Source: Ferruginibacter sp.
Lineage (GTDB): Bacteria > Bacteroidota > Bacteroidia > Chitinophagales > Chitinophagaceae
Direction of reading: 5' to 3'
Assembly: GCA_037969645.1 (NCBI GenBank)
Contig: JBBKXU010000316.1
Coordinates: forward strand, 1,292 to 65,291
Length of the DNA stretch: 64,000 nt
Under the pieces are notes generated by a model. It was not told the DNA's origin. It did no database searches and saw only the letters and a list, made by a program, of their open reading frames with translations. The translations under genes and the position numbers were made by a program. Below, one piece after another: positions 19,304-29,007 of this stretch (position 1 is the first letter of the stretch; every line of letters begins with the position of its first letter).

Positions 19304-20035
19304 TTACTTCGCCAGCAGTTTTCCATCTTTATATTCAACAGTAGTGTTGGCCGCGTCGGCTGTTAAGCAATACCGAATATCTTTTTCCAGTCCAAAGCCA
19401 GAAAGACGTTGATAATGCGACGCGTTTTTTGACTTCATAAATTCAAACAAATCGCCTTTAGCATCCTCATACATAGATGCCGCAATCTGGGAAGAGTCGC
19501 AGTTGATGGAGAAATGTTTGCCAATACGATTGATAACTGCCCCGGCAAACAATGTATCTTCTATATTCACTCTATTCTTCCAGGCAGCACAACCTAATAT
19601 TACATTTTGGTTTTGTGCTACTAAATAATCACAAACGGCCGAAAGATTTGGAAACGAACCGGTGATGATGCCTTTTGCATTCCTCTCCAATGCCATATGC
19701 AGTAAACGAGTGCCATTGGTTGTAGTAAGCACCAATGTTTTGCCTTCAATAAATTCACGAGGATATTCAAACGGGGAGTTCCCATATTCAAGCCCTTCGG
19801 CAATTTGTCCATCTCTTTCGCCGGCGGTAATGCTGTCAATTTGTTTGCCAATGCGAATACATTCTGTAACACTATCAACAGGTATTATAGCTTTTGCGCC
19901 ATTATGTAAAGCTGTAGCAATGGTAGATGTCGCTCTCAATACATCTATTATTACTACAATGCTTTTATCAACTGCATATAAATCTAAAAGTGCTGGTGAG
20001 AAGCAGGTATATAGTTCTGGTTGGGTTGTTTGCAT
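19304..20035 (-). CDS. comB: 2-phosphosulfolactate phosphatase family protein
   Basis: VIIDVLRATSTI, AGERDG, GNSP, LTTTNGT and ED..FAG motifs. Confidence 0.92.
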   Translation of the reverse strand: MQTTQPELYTCFSPALLDLYAVDKSIVVIIDVLRATSTIATALHNGAKAIIPVDSVTECIRIGKQIDSITAGERDGQIAEGLEYGNSPFEYPREFIEGKTLVLTTTNGTRLLHMALERNAKGIITGSFPNLSAVCDYLVAQNQNVILGCAAWKNRVNIEDTLFAGAVINRIGKHFSINCDSSQIAASMYEDAKGDLFEFMKSKNASHYQRLSGFGLEKDIRYCLTADAANTTVEYKDGKLLAK

Positions 20036-20044
20036 TATTTAAAT

Positions 20045-20518
20045 TTAAATTAAAATGGCTTTCCATTTTTGTGTTTCGGCATAATCTTTAATAACGATAT
20101 TTCGCTTTATTAACAATTTTTCTATGTATGATTTCAGAAAAAGTGCATTGACAATTTTACCGAGGATACCATATGGTGTTTCAAAATTTAACAGGTCTAT
20201 TACAATAGTGCCGTTATGGGCAGCTTTAAAATGATGCTCATGATGAAAACTTATAAAATCTCCTTTTATCATTTCATCTATAAAAAAATCCGGGGCCTGC
20301 ATTTCAGTAATCTTAGAAGTAAACAGTCGTGTTTTAAAAAGGTGTTTAGCTTGCCAGGTAACGGTTTCGTCTTTATTTATTAAGCCGGTGATTGTGCCGT
20401 CAATTGCTTTTTCATTAGTAGCTGCTGTTGATATTTGGTGCAGGTTTATGCTGCGGCTTAAATCGAAAACACGTTCAATTGGTGCTTCTATAAATGAGGT
20501 AATATGAATTTTAGGCAT
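20045..20518 (-). CDS. SRPBCC (START-like) family protein
   Basis: APIERVFDLSR..LH, VTWQAKH, F.DEMIKG.F..F.HEH.F. Confidence 0.85.
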   Translation of the reverse strand: MPKIHITSFIEAPIERVFDLSRSINLHQISTAATNEKAIDGTITGLINKDETVTWQAKHLFKTRLFTSKITEMQAPDFFIDEMIKGDFISFHHEHHFKAAHNGTIVIDLLNFETPYGILGKIVNALFLKSYIEKLLIKRNIVIKDYAETQKWKAILI

Positions 20519-20525
20519 AGTTTAG

Positions 20526-20642
20526 TAATGGATAATGGGTTAATGGATAAATAATAATGCAATAAATTAAAAGACTTTTGCGAAAATGTAGACTGTACAA
20601 TTCGAAAAAATTATTCATTATCAATTAATAAATTATCCATTA
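20526..20642. repeat. Inverted arrays of 7-mer micro-repeats (TAATGGA-like ... TTATCCA-like)
   Basis: taatgga/taatggg/taatgga/taaataa/taatgca ... ttattca/ttatcaa/ttaataa/ttatcca-tta. The last unit abuts and continues into the gcvT stop. Confidence 0.65.
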
Positions 20643-21725
20643 CACAAATGGCATCTTTACAACCTTTGCTTTTATTAAAGTATTTCTTACACTGATATAA
20701 ATTTCACTATCAGCAGTAGCATATTTTGTTTCAACATAACCTATACCAATAGCTTTGCCTAAGGTAGGTGATTGTGTACCGGAAGTCACCCTGCCAATTG
20801 TGTTGCCTTCAGCATCTTTTATTTCGTAATCGTGACGGGCAATGCCTTTATCCAGCATTTCAAAGCCAACTAATTTTTTGGTCAGTCCTTCGGCTTTTTG
20901 TTTTTCAAAATAAGTACTGTTTGTAAATGCTTTACTGAATTTTGTTATCCATCCCAACCCTGCTTCCAACGGCGATGTGGTATCGTCAATATCATTTCCG
21001 TATAAGCAGTAGCCCATTTCCAAACGAAGGGTATCTCTTGCACCCAGGCCAATGGCTTTAATGCCGCCTTTCTTCCCTGCTTCAAAAATAGCATCCCAAA
21101 TTTTAGAAGCATTATCTCCCTCGTCTTCAAAATAAATTTCAACACCACCAGCGCCGGTGTAACCGGTTGCACTTATCAAAACATTTTCAACACCGGCAAA
21201 TGTGCCTTTGGTAAACGTGTAATACTTTAGGTTCATGATATCCAGTTCGGTAAGCGGCTGTAACATCCTGGTTGCATTTGGGCCTTGTATGGCCAGCAGC
21301 GCCGTTTTATCAGAAATGTTATGCATCTCTACATCCTTATCATTAAACAGCTGAATCCAGTTCCAGTCTTTTTCAATATTGCTGGCATTTACTACCAGCA
21401 TGTAGGCTTTGTTCTCTTCCAGGCAATACACGATCAAATCATCAACAATGCCGCCGTCCTTGTTAGGGAAGCAGCTATACTGCGCCTTACCTACTGTTAA
21501 TTTTGAAGCATCATTGCTGGTTACTCTTTGAATAAGATCAAGCGCATTGTCTCCCTTTAAAATGAATTCACCCATATGGCTCACATCAAATACACCAGCC
21601 GAAGTACGTACTGCAGCGTGTTCATCATTAATACCCGAATAACTAATGGGCATATTATATCCGGCAAACTCGGCCATTTTAGCGCCAAGGTCAATATGTT
21701 TTTGAGTGAAGGGGGTATTTTTCAT
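20640..21725 (-). CDS. gcvT: Glycine cleavage system aminomethyltransferase T
   Basis: [28 protein letters not shown] and [10 protein letters not shown] motifs. Confidence 0.97.
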   Translation of the reverse strand: MKNTPFTQKHIDLGAKMAEFAGYNMPISYSGINDEHAAVRTSAGVFDVSHMGEFILKGDNALDLIQRVTSNDASKLTVGKAQYSCFPNKDGGIVDDLIVYCLEENKAYMLVVNASNIEKDWNWIQLFNDKDVEMHNISDKTALLAIQGPNATRMLQPLTELDIMNLKYYTFTKGTFAGVENVLISATGYTGAGGVEIYFEDEGDNASKIWDAIFEAGKKGGIKAIGLGARDTLRLEMGYCLYGNDIDDTTSPLEAGLGWITKFSKAFTNSTYFEKQKAEGLTKKLVGFEMLDKGIARHDYEIKDAEGNTIGRVTSGTQSPTLGKAIGIGYVETKYATADSEIYISVRNTLIKAKVVKMPFV

Positions 21726-21760
21726 TAATGCAGTTTTTTGATAAATAATTTTGTCAGTTG

Positions 21761-21768
21761 CAAATGTA
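21761..21768 (-). promoter_or_regulatory. -7 promoter box TACATTTG for gcvT
   Basis: TAnnTTTG consensus. Confidence 0.55.
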
Positions 21769-21849
21769 AAATAAAAAGTTGAGGGAGGGGCTATAGCAAA
21801 CTGTGTAACTGCATTAAACCGTCTAACGGCGTTGAGCCGTCTTGACGAT

Positions 21850-21878
21850 AAAAAAAGTCCCCCGAAAAATCGGGGGAC
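21850..21878 (-). terminator. Intrinsic terminator of the PadR-PspC operon
   Basis: GTCCCCCG/CGGGGGAC stem followed on the minus strand by a U7 tract. Confidence 0.85.
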
Positions 21879-21917
21879 GGTGTTGCTTCAACTTCAACTC
21901 AACTATTGAAACTATTT

Positions 21918-22289
21918 CTAATTGTGTTCAAAAATATCCTTCAGTTCCTCACATAGCTCGTTCATTTCTACACAAACCTGTTTCGAATTCTTTCTATCGT
22001 CAATTTTTATTCTTAACTCACCGCGGTTGCTGTTTATATGAATCGTAGCATTGTCATCCAGTGTAATTTCATCATCATCCCTGTCGTTTTTAAAACTAAT
22101 AACGCTGTTATTTATCAACTTATCATCAACGTAAACCTGTACGGTATGAGATTTCTTCTTATTGTACAACTCCTCCATATCATAGTCATCGTCTGAAACA
22201 GTAACGGACATATCGTGGTGGTGAAAACAAGATGTCATCCCTGCAACTAACACAATTCCCAAAACAGCTGAAATAAAGTATTTTTTCAT
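21918..22289 (-). CDS. Small acidic lipoprotein (hypothetical) in the PadR-PspC operon
   Basis: Lipobox-like VLVAGMTS-C; D-rich mature part. Confidence 0.75.
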   Translation of the reverse strand: MKKYFISAVLGIVLVAGMTSCFHHHDMSVTVSDDDYDMEELYNKKKSHTVQVYVDDKLINNSVISFKNDRDDDEITLDDNATIHINSNRGELRIKIDDRKNSKQVCVEMNELCEELKDIFEHN

Positions 22290-22320
22290 TTTAGTTTATT
22301 TTAAAAATGACGAAAATGGT

Positions 22321-24489
22321 TTAGTTAATATTCATCATCGGACTGTAAACCGGTAACCTCGAACTTAAAGGAGTTGGCTCTTCATTATCGCCTATCTTCT
22401 CCAGCTGTTGCTCAATTTTTTCTTTTACTTTTTCCAATGAGTCTTTCATTTTTTGCTTTTCCTTATTCAGTTTCAATTCCAAGGAATCTACCTTATTCAT
22501 GGGCTCACCATCACTGTAGCGGTAATTATCATTACTGTGATCGTTCGTTATCACTTCTACGCCCTGACTGTTGATATTTATTTTAGTTCTGCCAGATGAC
22601 TTCCTGCTGGCCGGCCTATCATTCATGTCATATAAACGTCCATCAGCTTTCATAATATATTCAACACCGGTTTTCCAGTCTGATGCCTGGTCATCTGAAT
22701 CATAGTACCAGTCATCTACAGCCCAATTATTACCAAAATGTACGTTGCCAAACCAGCTAATGCTTTTATCAATCTTTATTTTTTTACCTGCTGGTACATA
22801 CACAGTAAGTACTACCCTTTGGTTGCGGAATTTATCTGTCTTATTAATTGCGATTCCTTTATCCATCAGCAATACACTGTCTTTTTGTACAGCATTGTAC
22901 ATAATATCTGCGGCATTATTCTCTGCGATAGTTCTCGATCTGCCGGTAGCCATTTTTATCATGGTTACTTTAAAACTATCAGTTAGTGATTTTACAATAC
23001 GTACTTCAACATTGTTTACATAAGCAGTATCATCATAAATACTCTCAAAGGGTTCAAACCTGAAAAAACGACGGCTGTTGTATTTTTGCAATGGCGACTG
23101 TGCTGTTATCTCCAGTTTATCTACTGCCGGATTGCTTAATGCAATCTCATGTTCAGTTATATTTTTACTGTTGTAGTTAAAGTCTCTTGCAATGGACGAC
23201 ACTAAAAGTGTAACACATATCCAGCCAATAACCCACATGGCACCAAAGGACCAACCTAAGATATTGCTGTTACTTTTAGATCTTGCAATCTTCCTTATTA
23301 TCCAGGTAATTGCTCCAATTAACGGAACGGCCAGGAAGAAAATTAACGTGCCCCAGGCAAATAAATTCTGATAATCGTTGTGAATTATAAAGTCTTTCAG
23401 CGGGAAATAACCGATGGAGAATACCAACAGTACAAACAGCGCTATAAGCAACATCAGACCAACAAAACCAATAACACAATAAGCAAATATCTTAAGCATT
23501 AAGACTATAATGTCTCCAAAGGAACTACTACTTCGTTTTGCAATTTTATTTGCTTCGGATGTAACCAGTTTTGCTTTTTCTCCTGCTACAGCGCCTGCTT
23601 CTTTTCCAAATTTCTGTGCTCTTTGCTGCACGCCTTTCATCTCTTCCATTACAGAATGCTTGATGGAATTGAGATCTACCTTTTCACCTTTCATCTCTAG
23701 TTTTTCGGCAGTGGTTACCGCCTCGGGTATTACCAACCATAGTATAATGTATATGATTAAAGCACCCGGACTAAATCCAATTCTTAAAAAATCAGGAAAG
23801 TCTAAAAAGCCCCAATGACCCCAACGGAAAACATAAGACAAAAACGGCAGTGCAAATAAAACTCTTGGAATCCATGCATTGATGCCGAAGTAATTTCCTA
23901 TACCACCGCAAACCCCGCCAATAATTTTATCATCATTATCACGATAAAGCTTTTTTCTTTTACCTCCTATAACTTCGGTTCCACCGCTGGGCAAAAAGGC
24001 CCATAATAATATATAAGCAAAGAAGCCAATTCCGGTTACAACAAACAGAATTCTAACTACTATGGAATCAATCCCAAAATAGTTTGCAATACCAGAACAA
24101 ACACCACCAAGAATTTTGTTGTTCTCATCTCTGTAGAGACGCTTGCTACGCTGTGTAGTTTCTTTAGGTTGCTCTTTTTCTCCAGATTCTTCTGATGTAT
24201 TTGGTTGTGCAGCTCCCATTCCGTCCTCTGCTTCAAACTCCTCGGGGCGACCCATGCTTTTTATTATAGCATTTACATCATCATCGGTAATACAGGTAGC
24301 TCCCTTGTTAAGTCTTTCTTGAAAAAGCTCACCAATACGACTTTCAATGTCGTTGATGATTTCATCCTTACCTTCTTCATTTGCAAAATGGCGGCTCAGG
24401 CTTTCGGTATAATCTTTCAGCAGGTCAAATGCTGTTACTTCTATCGGAACAACCCGTCCCTGGAAGTTTATATTTATTACTTGTTTCAT
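22321..24489 (-). CDS. PspC domain-containing membrane protein (tandem PspC domains)
   Basis: Two RLYRD..KI.GGVC.GI.NYFGI repeats, multiple TM segments and a large C-terminal soluble domain. Confidence 0.92.
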   Translation of the reverse strand: MKQVININFQGRVVPIEVTAFDLLKDYTESLSRHFANEEGKDEIINDIESRIGELFQERLNKGATCITDDDVNAIIKSMGRPEEFEAEDGMGAAQPNTSEESGEKEQPKETTQRSKRLYRDENNKILGGVCSGIANYFGIDSIVVRILFVVTGIGFFAYILLWAFLPSGGTEVIGGKRKKLYRDNDDKIIGGVCGGIGNYFGINAWIPRVLFALPFLSYVFRWGHWGFLDFPDFLRIGFSPGALIIYIILWLVIPEAVTTAEKLEMKGEKVDLNSIKHSVMEEMKGVQQRAQKFGKEAGAVAGEKAKLVTSEANKIAKRSSSSFGDIIVLMLKIFAYCVIGFVGLMLLIALFVLLVFSIGYFPLKDFIIHNDYQNLFAWGTLIFFLAVPLIGAITWIIRKIARSKSNSNILGWSFGAMWVIGWICVTLLVSSIARDFNYNSKNITEHEIALSNPAVDKLEITAQSPLQKYNSRRFFRFEPFESIYDDTAYVNNVEVRIVKSLTDSFKVTMIKMATGRSRTIAENNAADIMYNAVQKDSVLLMDKGIAINKTDKFRNQRVVLTVYVPAGKKIKIDKSISWFGNVHFGNNWAVDDWYYDSDDQASDWKTGVEYIMKADGRLYDMNDRPASRKSSGRTKININSQGVEVITNDHSNDNYRYSDGEPMNKVDSLELKLNKEKQKMKDSLEKVKEKIEQQLEKIGDNEEPTPLSSRLPVYSPMMNIN

Positions 24490-24552
24490 GGCTTTAGTTT
24501 TTTCGTTTCGTTAGTTGATTTGTACCCAACAAAAATCATGGCTATACTTTTT

Positions 24553-24963
24553 TTATTGAGAGTCGTTGAAGTTGTTGTCCTTTTCTACATCAGGATCATT
24601 GTTAATAATAGGTATTTCTTCTGATGCCGGTTCAAATTCGGTGTGGGTTAATGCCCTCACCGCATTGGCCAGTTCAAACCAGGTCGATTCCAGTTCTTTG
24701 TAAAACTCACCACCTTTTTCCGTCATCGAAAAATATTTACGTGGCGGCCCACTGGTACTTTCTTCCCAGCGATAAGATAAAAGTTCTGCGTTTTTAAGCC
24801 TTGTCAGCAGAGGGTACAAGGTACCCTCCAGCAGGTTCAGGTTGGCCGCCTTCATTTTTTCAATGATATCCGAAGGGTAGGCTTCACCCTCTTTTATTAT
24901 AGAGAGGATGCAGAACTCCAGAACTCCCTTTCGCATCTGGCTGGCTGTGTTTTCAATGTTCAT
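24553..24963 (-). CDS. PadR family transcriptional regulator
   Basis: QMRKGVLEFCIL, EGTLYPLLTRL and GPPRKYF motifs. Confidence 0.95.
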   Translation of the reverse strand: MNIENTASQMRKGVLEFCILSIIKEGEAYPSDIIEKMKAANLNLLEGTLYPLLTRLKNAELLSYRWEESTSGPPRKYFSMTEKGGEFYKELESTWFELANAVRALTHTEFEPASEEIPIINNDPDVEKDNNFNDSQ

Positions 24964-24978
24964 GGCTTCATTTTTTTA

Positions 24979-25014
24979 CCTCACTTCGGCCCTCTCCTTT
25001 TGGAGAGGGTGAAG
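24979..25014. repeat. REP-like hairpin CCTCAC..CCCTCTCC-TTTT-GGAGAGGG in the PadR leader
   Basis: Perfect 8-bp stem at 24990-25009. Shares the TCAC lead-in with the elements at 7532 and 31114. Confidence 0.65.
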
Positions 25015-25179
25015 CGAAGAGCTTTTCGAAATAATTTTTCATGGCTATACCTTCGATCCCGGCTTTTCCACTCATCCCCATGGCTAATAGGAAAGTGGAT
25101 AATCTGAAATCAATTAGTAAAACTGCTATACTTTAAGAACTTATGACAGGGTTTAACCGGTATATCCCCTATCACAACA

Positions 25180-25219
25180 CAAAGATACTGGAATTTTAGT
25201 ACTATGCAACACATAATAC
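25180..25219 (-). promoter_or_regulatory. PadR operon promoter (-7 TATCTTTG) with adjacent 8-5-8 inverted repeat GTACTATG-N5-CATAATAC (candidate PadR operator)
   Basis: Consensus box at 25180-25187; inverted repeat at 25199-25219 with one mismatch. Confidence 0.6.
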
Positions 25220-25458
25220 CATATTTTTTATAGTAGTGGGCTCTGAATAATACCATTAAATCTGTGAAAGGCCTTACTGTATTGGCTTTCGCAAGATCAA
25301 TGTATTTTTTAAGCATGGCTCAGATTTGATAAACGGCAGATTTGAGGGTATAAATGGCATTAAATCATTCTCTTTATGAGAAAAATTAGTCCCTTCTTGA
25401 GATATTGTCTTAATATCACAGTATTGCTGTTAATCTTTTTATAACTTATTATAAAGAA

Positions 25459-25486
25459 GCAACATTGGACAATAAATTGTGTCTAA
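25459..25486 (+). promoter_or_regulatory. ECF-sigma-type promoter GCAAC-N17-GTCTAA
   Basis: AAC/GTCT motifs with 17-nt spacing, 21 nt before the ATG at 25508. Same geometry at 14674-14698. Confidence 0.5.
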
Positions 25487-25507
25487 CTAATAAGGAGGAC
25501 AATAATC

Positions 25508-26653
25508 ATGAAATACATTTTTTACATATTATTAAGCACACTTGTTTTTGGGGCTTGCAAAACAAGCAAGGATTACCTTTCACGCAGTGATAGCGATAAA
25601 ACCATTTTTGATGCGGTTAAAACACTAAAAAAGTATAGTGGTGATAGTACAGCCCTGAATGCTTTACCTATATTATACACAACAGCCCAACAAAGAAATT
25701 TAAGAAAAATAAACAGCTATACGAGCTCTAAGGAATTAAACCGCTGGGATAAAATTATTGACGGTTACAACACTTTGCAGGAAATGCACGATGCTATTAT
25801 GGAAGTGGATGCAGCCAGTAGATTAGTAACGCCCGTTAATTACAATCAAACCATTTACGATATTAAGCGCCAGGCTGCTGCCGATTATTATGCCACTGCA
25901 ACCGATTATTTAAACAAACCCGGCCGTGCCGATGCAAAGCAGTCATATAACTATTTTAAAAAGGCAGATAAATATGTGCCGGGTTATGAAGATGCTACCG
26001 TGAAGATGGACGAGGCCTACCAAAACGCAGTTGTAAATGTGGTTATAAATCCCGTGCAGGATAATTCGTATTTTTTTAATACCGGCTGGGGCAACTATGG
26101 CTACAATTACAGTAACGAATATTTTCAGCAATCATTGGTAAGAGATTTAAAAGGCATTAACAACAGCCGTTACCCTGCCCGTTTTTATACCGATTGGGAA
26201 GCAAGGCGTGATAACGTACTACCCGACTGGGAGGTAAACCTTACACTGCGTAATATGAATATTCCAAGGCCGCTAACGTACAATTACACCCGCAATGTTA
26301 GCCAACGGGTTGAAACAGGCCGTGACACCAGCGGAAAAATAATTTACAGAACAGTGTATGCAACAGTTAATGTTGCCAGACAATCATTTACCGCCCGTGG
26401 GGATATGGAGGTTAATATTACAGACCTTGCCACCCGTAAAAATATTGTGTACAATACTATTAGGGAAGATTACCGCTGGGAAGAAGAACATGCAACCTAC
26501 AGTGGTGATAGTCGTGCACTTGGCCCTAATGAATGGTCGCTAATTAACAACAGTTATTACAACGAACCACGCAAAGAAGATATATTGAATGAGTTATACC
26601 GAAGAATATATCCACAGGTGAAGAATAAGATAAGTTATGCAGTAGATTGGTAG
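25508..26653 (+). CDS. Hypothetical lipoprotein (helical/TPR-like N-terminus)
   Basis: Lipobox LVFGA-C; long ORF. Confidence 0.85.
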   Translation: MKYIFYILLSTLVFGACKTSKDYLSRSDSDKTIFDAVKTLKKYSGDSTALNALPILYTTAQQRNLRKINSYTSSKELNRWDKIIDGYNTLQEMHDAIMEVDAASRLVTPVNYNQTIYDIKRQAAADYYATATDYLNKPGRADAKQSYNYFKKADKYVPGYEDATVKMDEAYQNAVVNVVINPVQDNSYFFNTGWGNYGYNYSNEYFQQSLVRDLKGINNSRYPARFYTDWEARRDNVLPDWEVNLTLRNMNIPRPLTYNYTRNVSQRVETGRDTSGKIIYRTVYATVNVARQSFTARGDMEVNITDLATRKNIVYNTIREDYRWEEEHATYSGDSRALGPNEWSLINNSYYNEPRKEDILNELYRRIYPQVKNKISYAVDW

Positions 26654-26706
26654 CTAAGGGTTGACTAAGAGGACAAAGGAGGAAAAGAGACGAAGGAGAA
26701 ATACGC

Positions 26707-28827
26707 TTAGATAAAAATTATATAAGTCAGCCAACTCATCAGATATGCCAGCCCCGTCATGTAAACGAGTTGTATCATTGGCCATTTCCAGCTTCGTGTT
26801 TCTCTTTTTACAATTACCAAAGTACTCATACATTGCATGGCCAATACATAAAATATCAGCAGCGATAAACCGGTAGCAAGATTATATACTTTGGTTCCAT
26901 CGGGCCTAACAGCCGCAGCCATTTTTCCACGCAATGTGTTGTCGTTTTCATTCGCACCTTCGCCAACGCTATATAACGTTGCCATCGTGCCTACAAAAAC
27001 TTCTCTTGCGGCAAATGAAGTAATTAAAGCAATACCAATTTTCCAATCGTAACCAAGCGGACGAATAGCCGGTTCAATAGCTTTACCCAATGTACCTGCA
27101 AAAGAACTTTGCAGCAATTCTGTTCTGCGTTGCTTATTCAATTCTGCAGATTGTGCTGGATTATCTTTTATCAGTTGTTCGTATTTAACTGTAACATTGG
27201 CCATTTTTTCTTTGGGGCCGTAAGTGCTCAGGCCCCATAACAACAGGCTTATCAGCATAATCACTTTACCGGCATCAAACACAAATATTTTTGCTTTTTC
27301 TATCATGGTGGTTAAAGCATTCTTCCACCTTGGCGCCCGGTACATTGGTAGTTCTAAAATAAAAAAACTACGCTCGGTACTTTTGATAAACCATTTCATT
27401 ACCCAGGCAACTATCAATGCCATTACTGTGCCCATCAAATACAGGCCCATCATCACCAACCCTTGTAAACTTAAAAAGCCAAAATATACTGTAGAGGGAA
27501 TAACCAGTGCAATTAAAATAGTGTACACCGGCAGTCTGGCACTGCAACTCATAAGCGGTGTTATCATAATAGTGAGTAACCTTTCTTTTTTGTTCTCAAT
27601 ATTCCTGGCGCTCATTATGGCCGGTACAGCACAGGCAAAGCCGCTGATCATAGGCATTACACTCTTTCCGTTCAGGCCTACTTTACGCATCAGCTTATCC
27701 GTAAGGAAACTGATACGAGCCATATAACCGGTATCTTCCAAAATGGTTATCAGCCCAAATAATATCATGATCTGCGGAATAAAAATAATGATACCACTGA
27801 GGCCTGCAATAACACCGTTAATCAACAGATCGCTCCACCCGCTTACCGGTAATGTATTGCTGAGCCATCCACCAAGCTCTCCAAACATCCACTCAATTCC
27901 ATCCATGGGATATTTAGCAACCCAAAACACACTTTGAAAAAGCAGGAACAACACGGCCATTAATATGATATAGCCCCAGCGACGGTGCAGCAACAAATCA
28001 TCCAACCTTTCATTAAACATGGCTTTTTGCAAGGGGTCGGCCTCTACAACCGTTTGCTGCATGATATGTTTGATGCGGCCATAACGCAGCATAATTTCTT
28101 CGGCCTGAGTTTTAGTAGGATTGAATTTGTTATCAATCTCAATCTGCTCAATCGTTTCCTGCATACCGTCTTCCAGTAAAAAATGTTCATGGTTGATGAG
28201 GTAATGAACGGCAGTGTAATTGCTGATATCTGGATAGTGATCTTTTACTTTTTCAATTGCATTTTCGGCCAAAGCATTATTATCAATAAAATCCCGGGCT
28301 GGCGGTTGGTATAAATTCTCTGCAGATTGTTCAATTATTTTTTTTAATTGTTCAAGCCCTTTATTTTTTCTGGGATTAATTTGAACAATAGGCACACCCA
28401 ATTCTCTTTCCAACCCCGAGATATCAATTTGCGTTCCTTTGCGTTTGGCCAAATCCATCATGGTAAGTGCCACAACCACAGGAATATTGAGGTCGATGAT
28501 TTGAGAGCAGAATAAAAGATTGCGTTTTAAATTACTGGCATCGGCAACAAGTAAAACCATATCTGGCTTAATGGCCTCATCCTGGTCTAATAAAACCTTG
28601 TAAGCTACCCACTCATCACTTCGTTTTGGGTATAAACTGTAGGAGCCTGGCAAATCAATAATAGTTGCAGCAATATCGGCAGAAATTTTACTCTGCCCCA
28701 TCTTTTTATCAACCGTTACACCCGGAAAATTACCCACCTGCTGATTTAAACCCGTTAAATAGTTAAAAAGGGAGCTTTTTCCGCTATTGGGATTACCTAC
28801 TAATGCTATGTTTATATGCTTTGACAA
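26707..28827 (-). CDS. feoB: Ferrous iron transporter B
   Basis: GNPNSGKS, VGNFPGVT, DLPG, PLMSCSARLPVY and QCMST motifs. TTG start at 28827 with a TATTTTTG box at 28842-28849. No feoA adjacent. Confidence 0.96.
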   Translation of the reverse strand: MSKHINIALVGNPNSGKSSLFNYLTGLNQQVGNFPGVTVDKKMGQSKISADIAATIIDLPGSYSLYPKRSDEWVAYKVLLDQDEAIKPDMVLLVADASNLKRNLLFCSQIIDLNIPVVVALTMMDLAKRKGTQIDISGLERELGVPIVQINPRKNKGLEQLKKIIEQSAENLYQPPARDFIDNNALAENAIEKVKDHYPDISNYTAVHYLINHEHFLLEDGMQETIEQIEIDNKFNPTKTQAEEIMLRYGRIKHIMQQTVVEADPLQKAMFNERLDDLLLHRRWGYIILMAVLFLLFQSVFWVAKYPMDGIEWMFGELGGWLSNTLPVSGWSDLLINGVIAGLSGIIIFIPQIMILFGLITILEDTGYMARISFLTDKLMRKVGLNGKSVMPMISGFACAVPAIMSARNIENKKERLLTIMITPLMSCSARLPVYTILIALVIPSTVYFGFLSLQGLVMMGLYLMGTVMALIVAWVMKWFIKSTERSFFILELPMYRAPRWKNALTTMIEKAKIFVFDAGKVIMLISLLLWGLSTYGPKEKMANVTVKYEQLIKDNPAQSAELNKQRRTELLQSSFAGTLGKAIEPAIRPLGYDWKIGIALITSFAAREVFVGTMATLYSVGEGANENDNTLRGKMAAAVRPDGTKVYNLATGLSLLIFYVLAMQCMSTLVIVKRETRSWKWPMIQLVYMTGLAYLMSWLTYIIFI

Positions 28828-29007
28828 TATAATTTCGTGTGCAAAAATAACGGTAAACCATTGTACCGGGTTACGAATTAAGAAAGATGAACTACTCCAT
28901 GCGGAAATCCTGATTAACAGCACTTGTGGCTAATTTTTACAATCTATTTACAGTTTTCGCTCTTTACTAAGTTACCTTTGTTACTCCTCAACAAATTCTT
29001 TTTTTAC

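Noticed and set aside
21726-21850. Glycine riboswitch upstream of gcvT
   Set aside because: No GGAGA/CCGAAG/CTCTCAGG core, and the promoter box lies only ~35 nt from the start.
25045-25075. TTCGATCCCGGC...TCCAC resembling a tRNA/tmRNA T-arm and 3' end (possible att site)
   Set aside because: The 5' T-stem strand is not complementary, there is no cloverleaf, and no integrase is nearby.
26654-26706. Purine-rich ~9-mer repeats after the lipoprotein stop, with weak complements near 28955-29045 flanking feoB
   Set aside because: Too degenerate to call a repeat element or a composite boundary with confidence.
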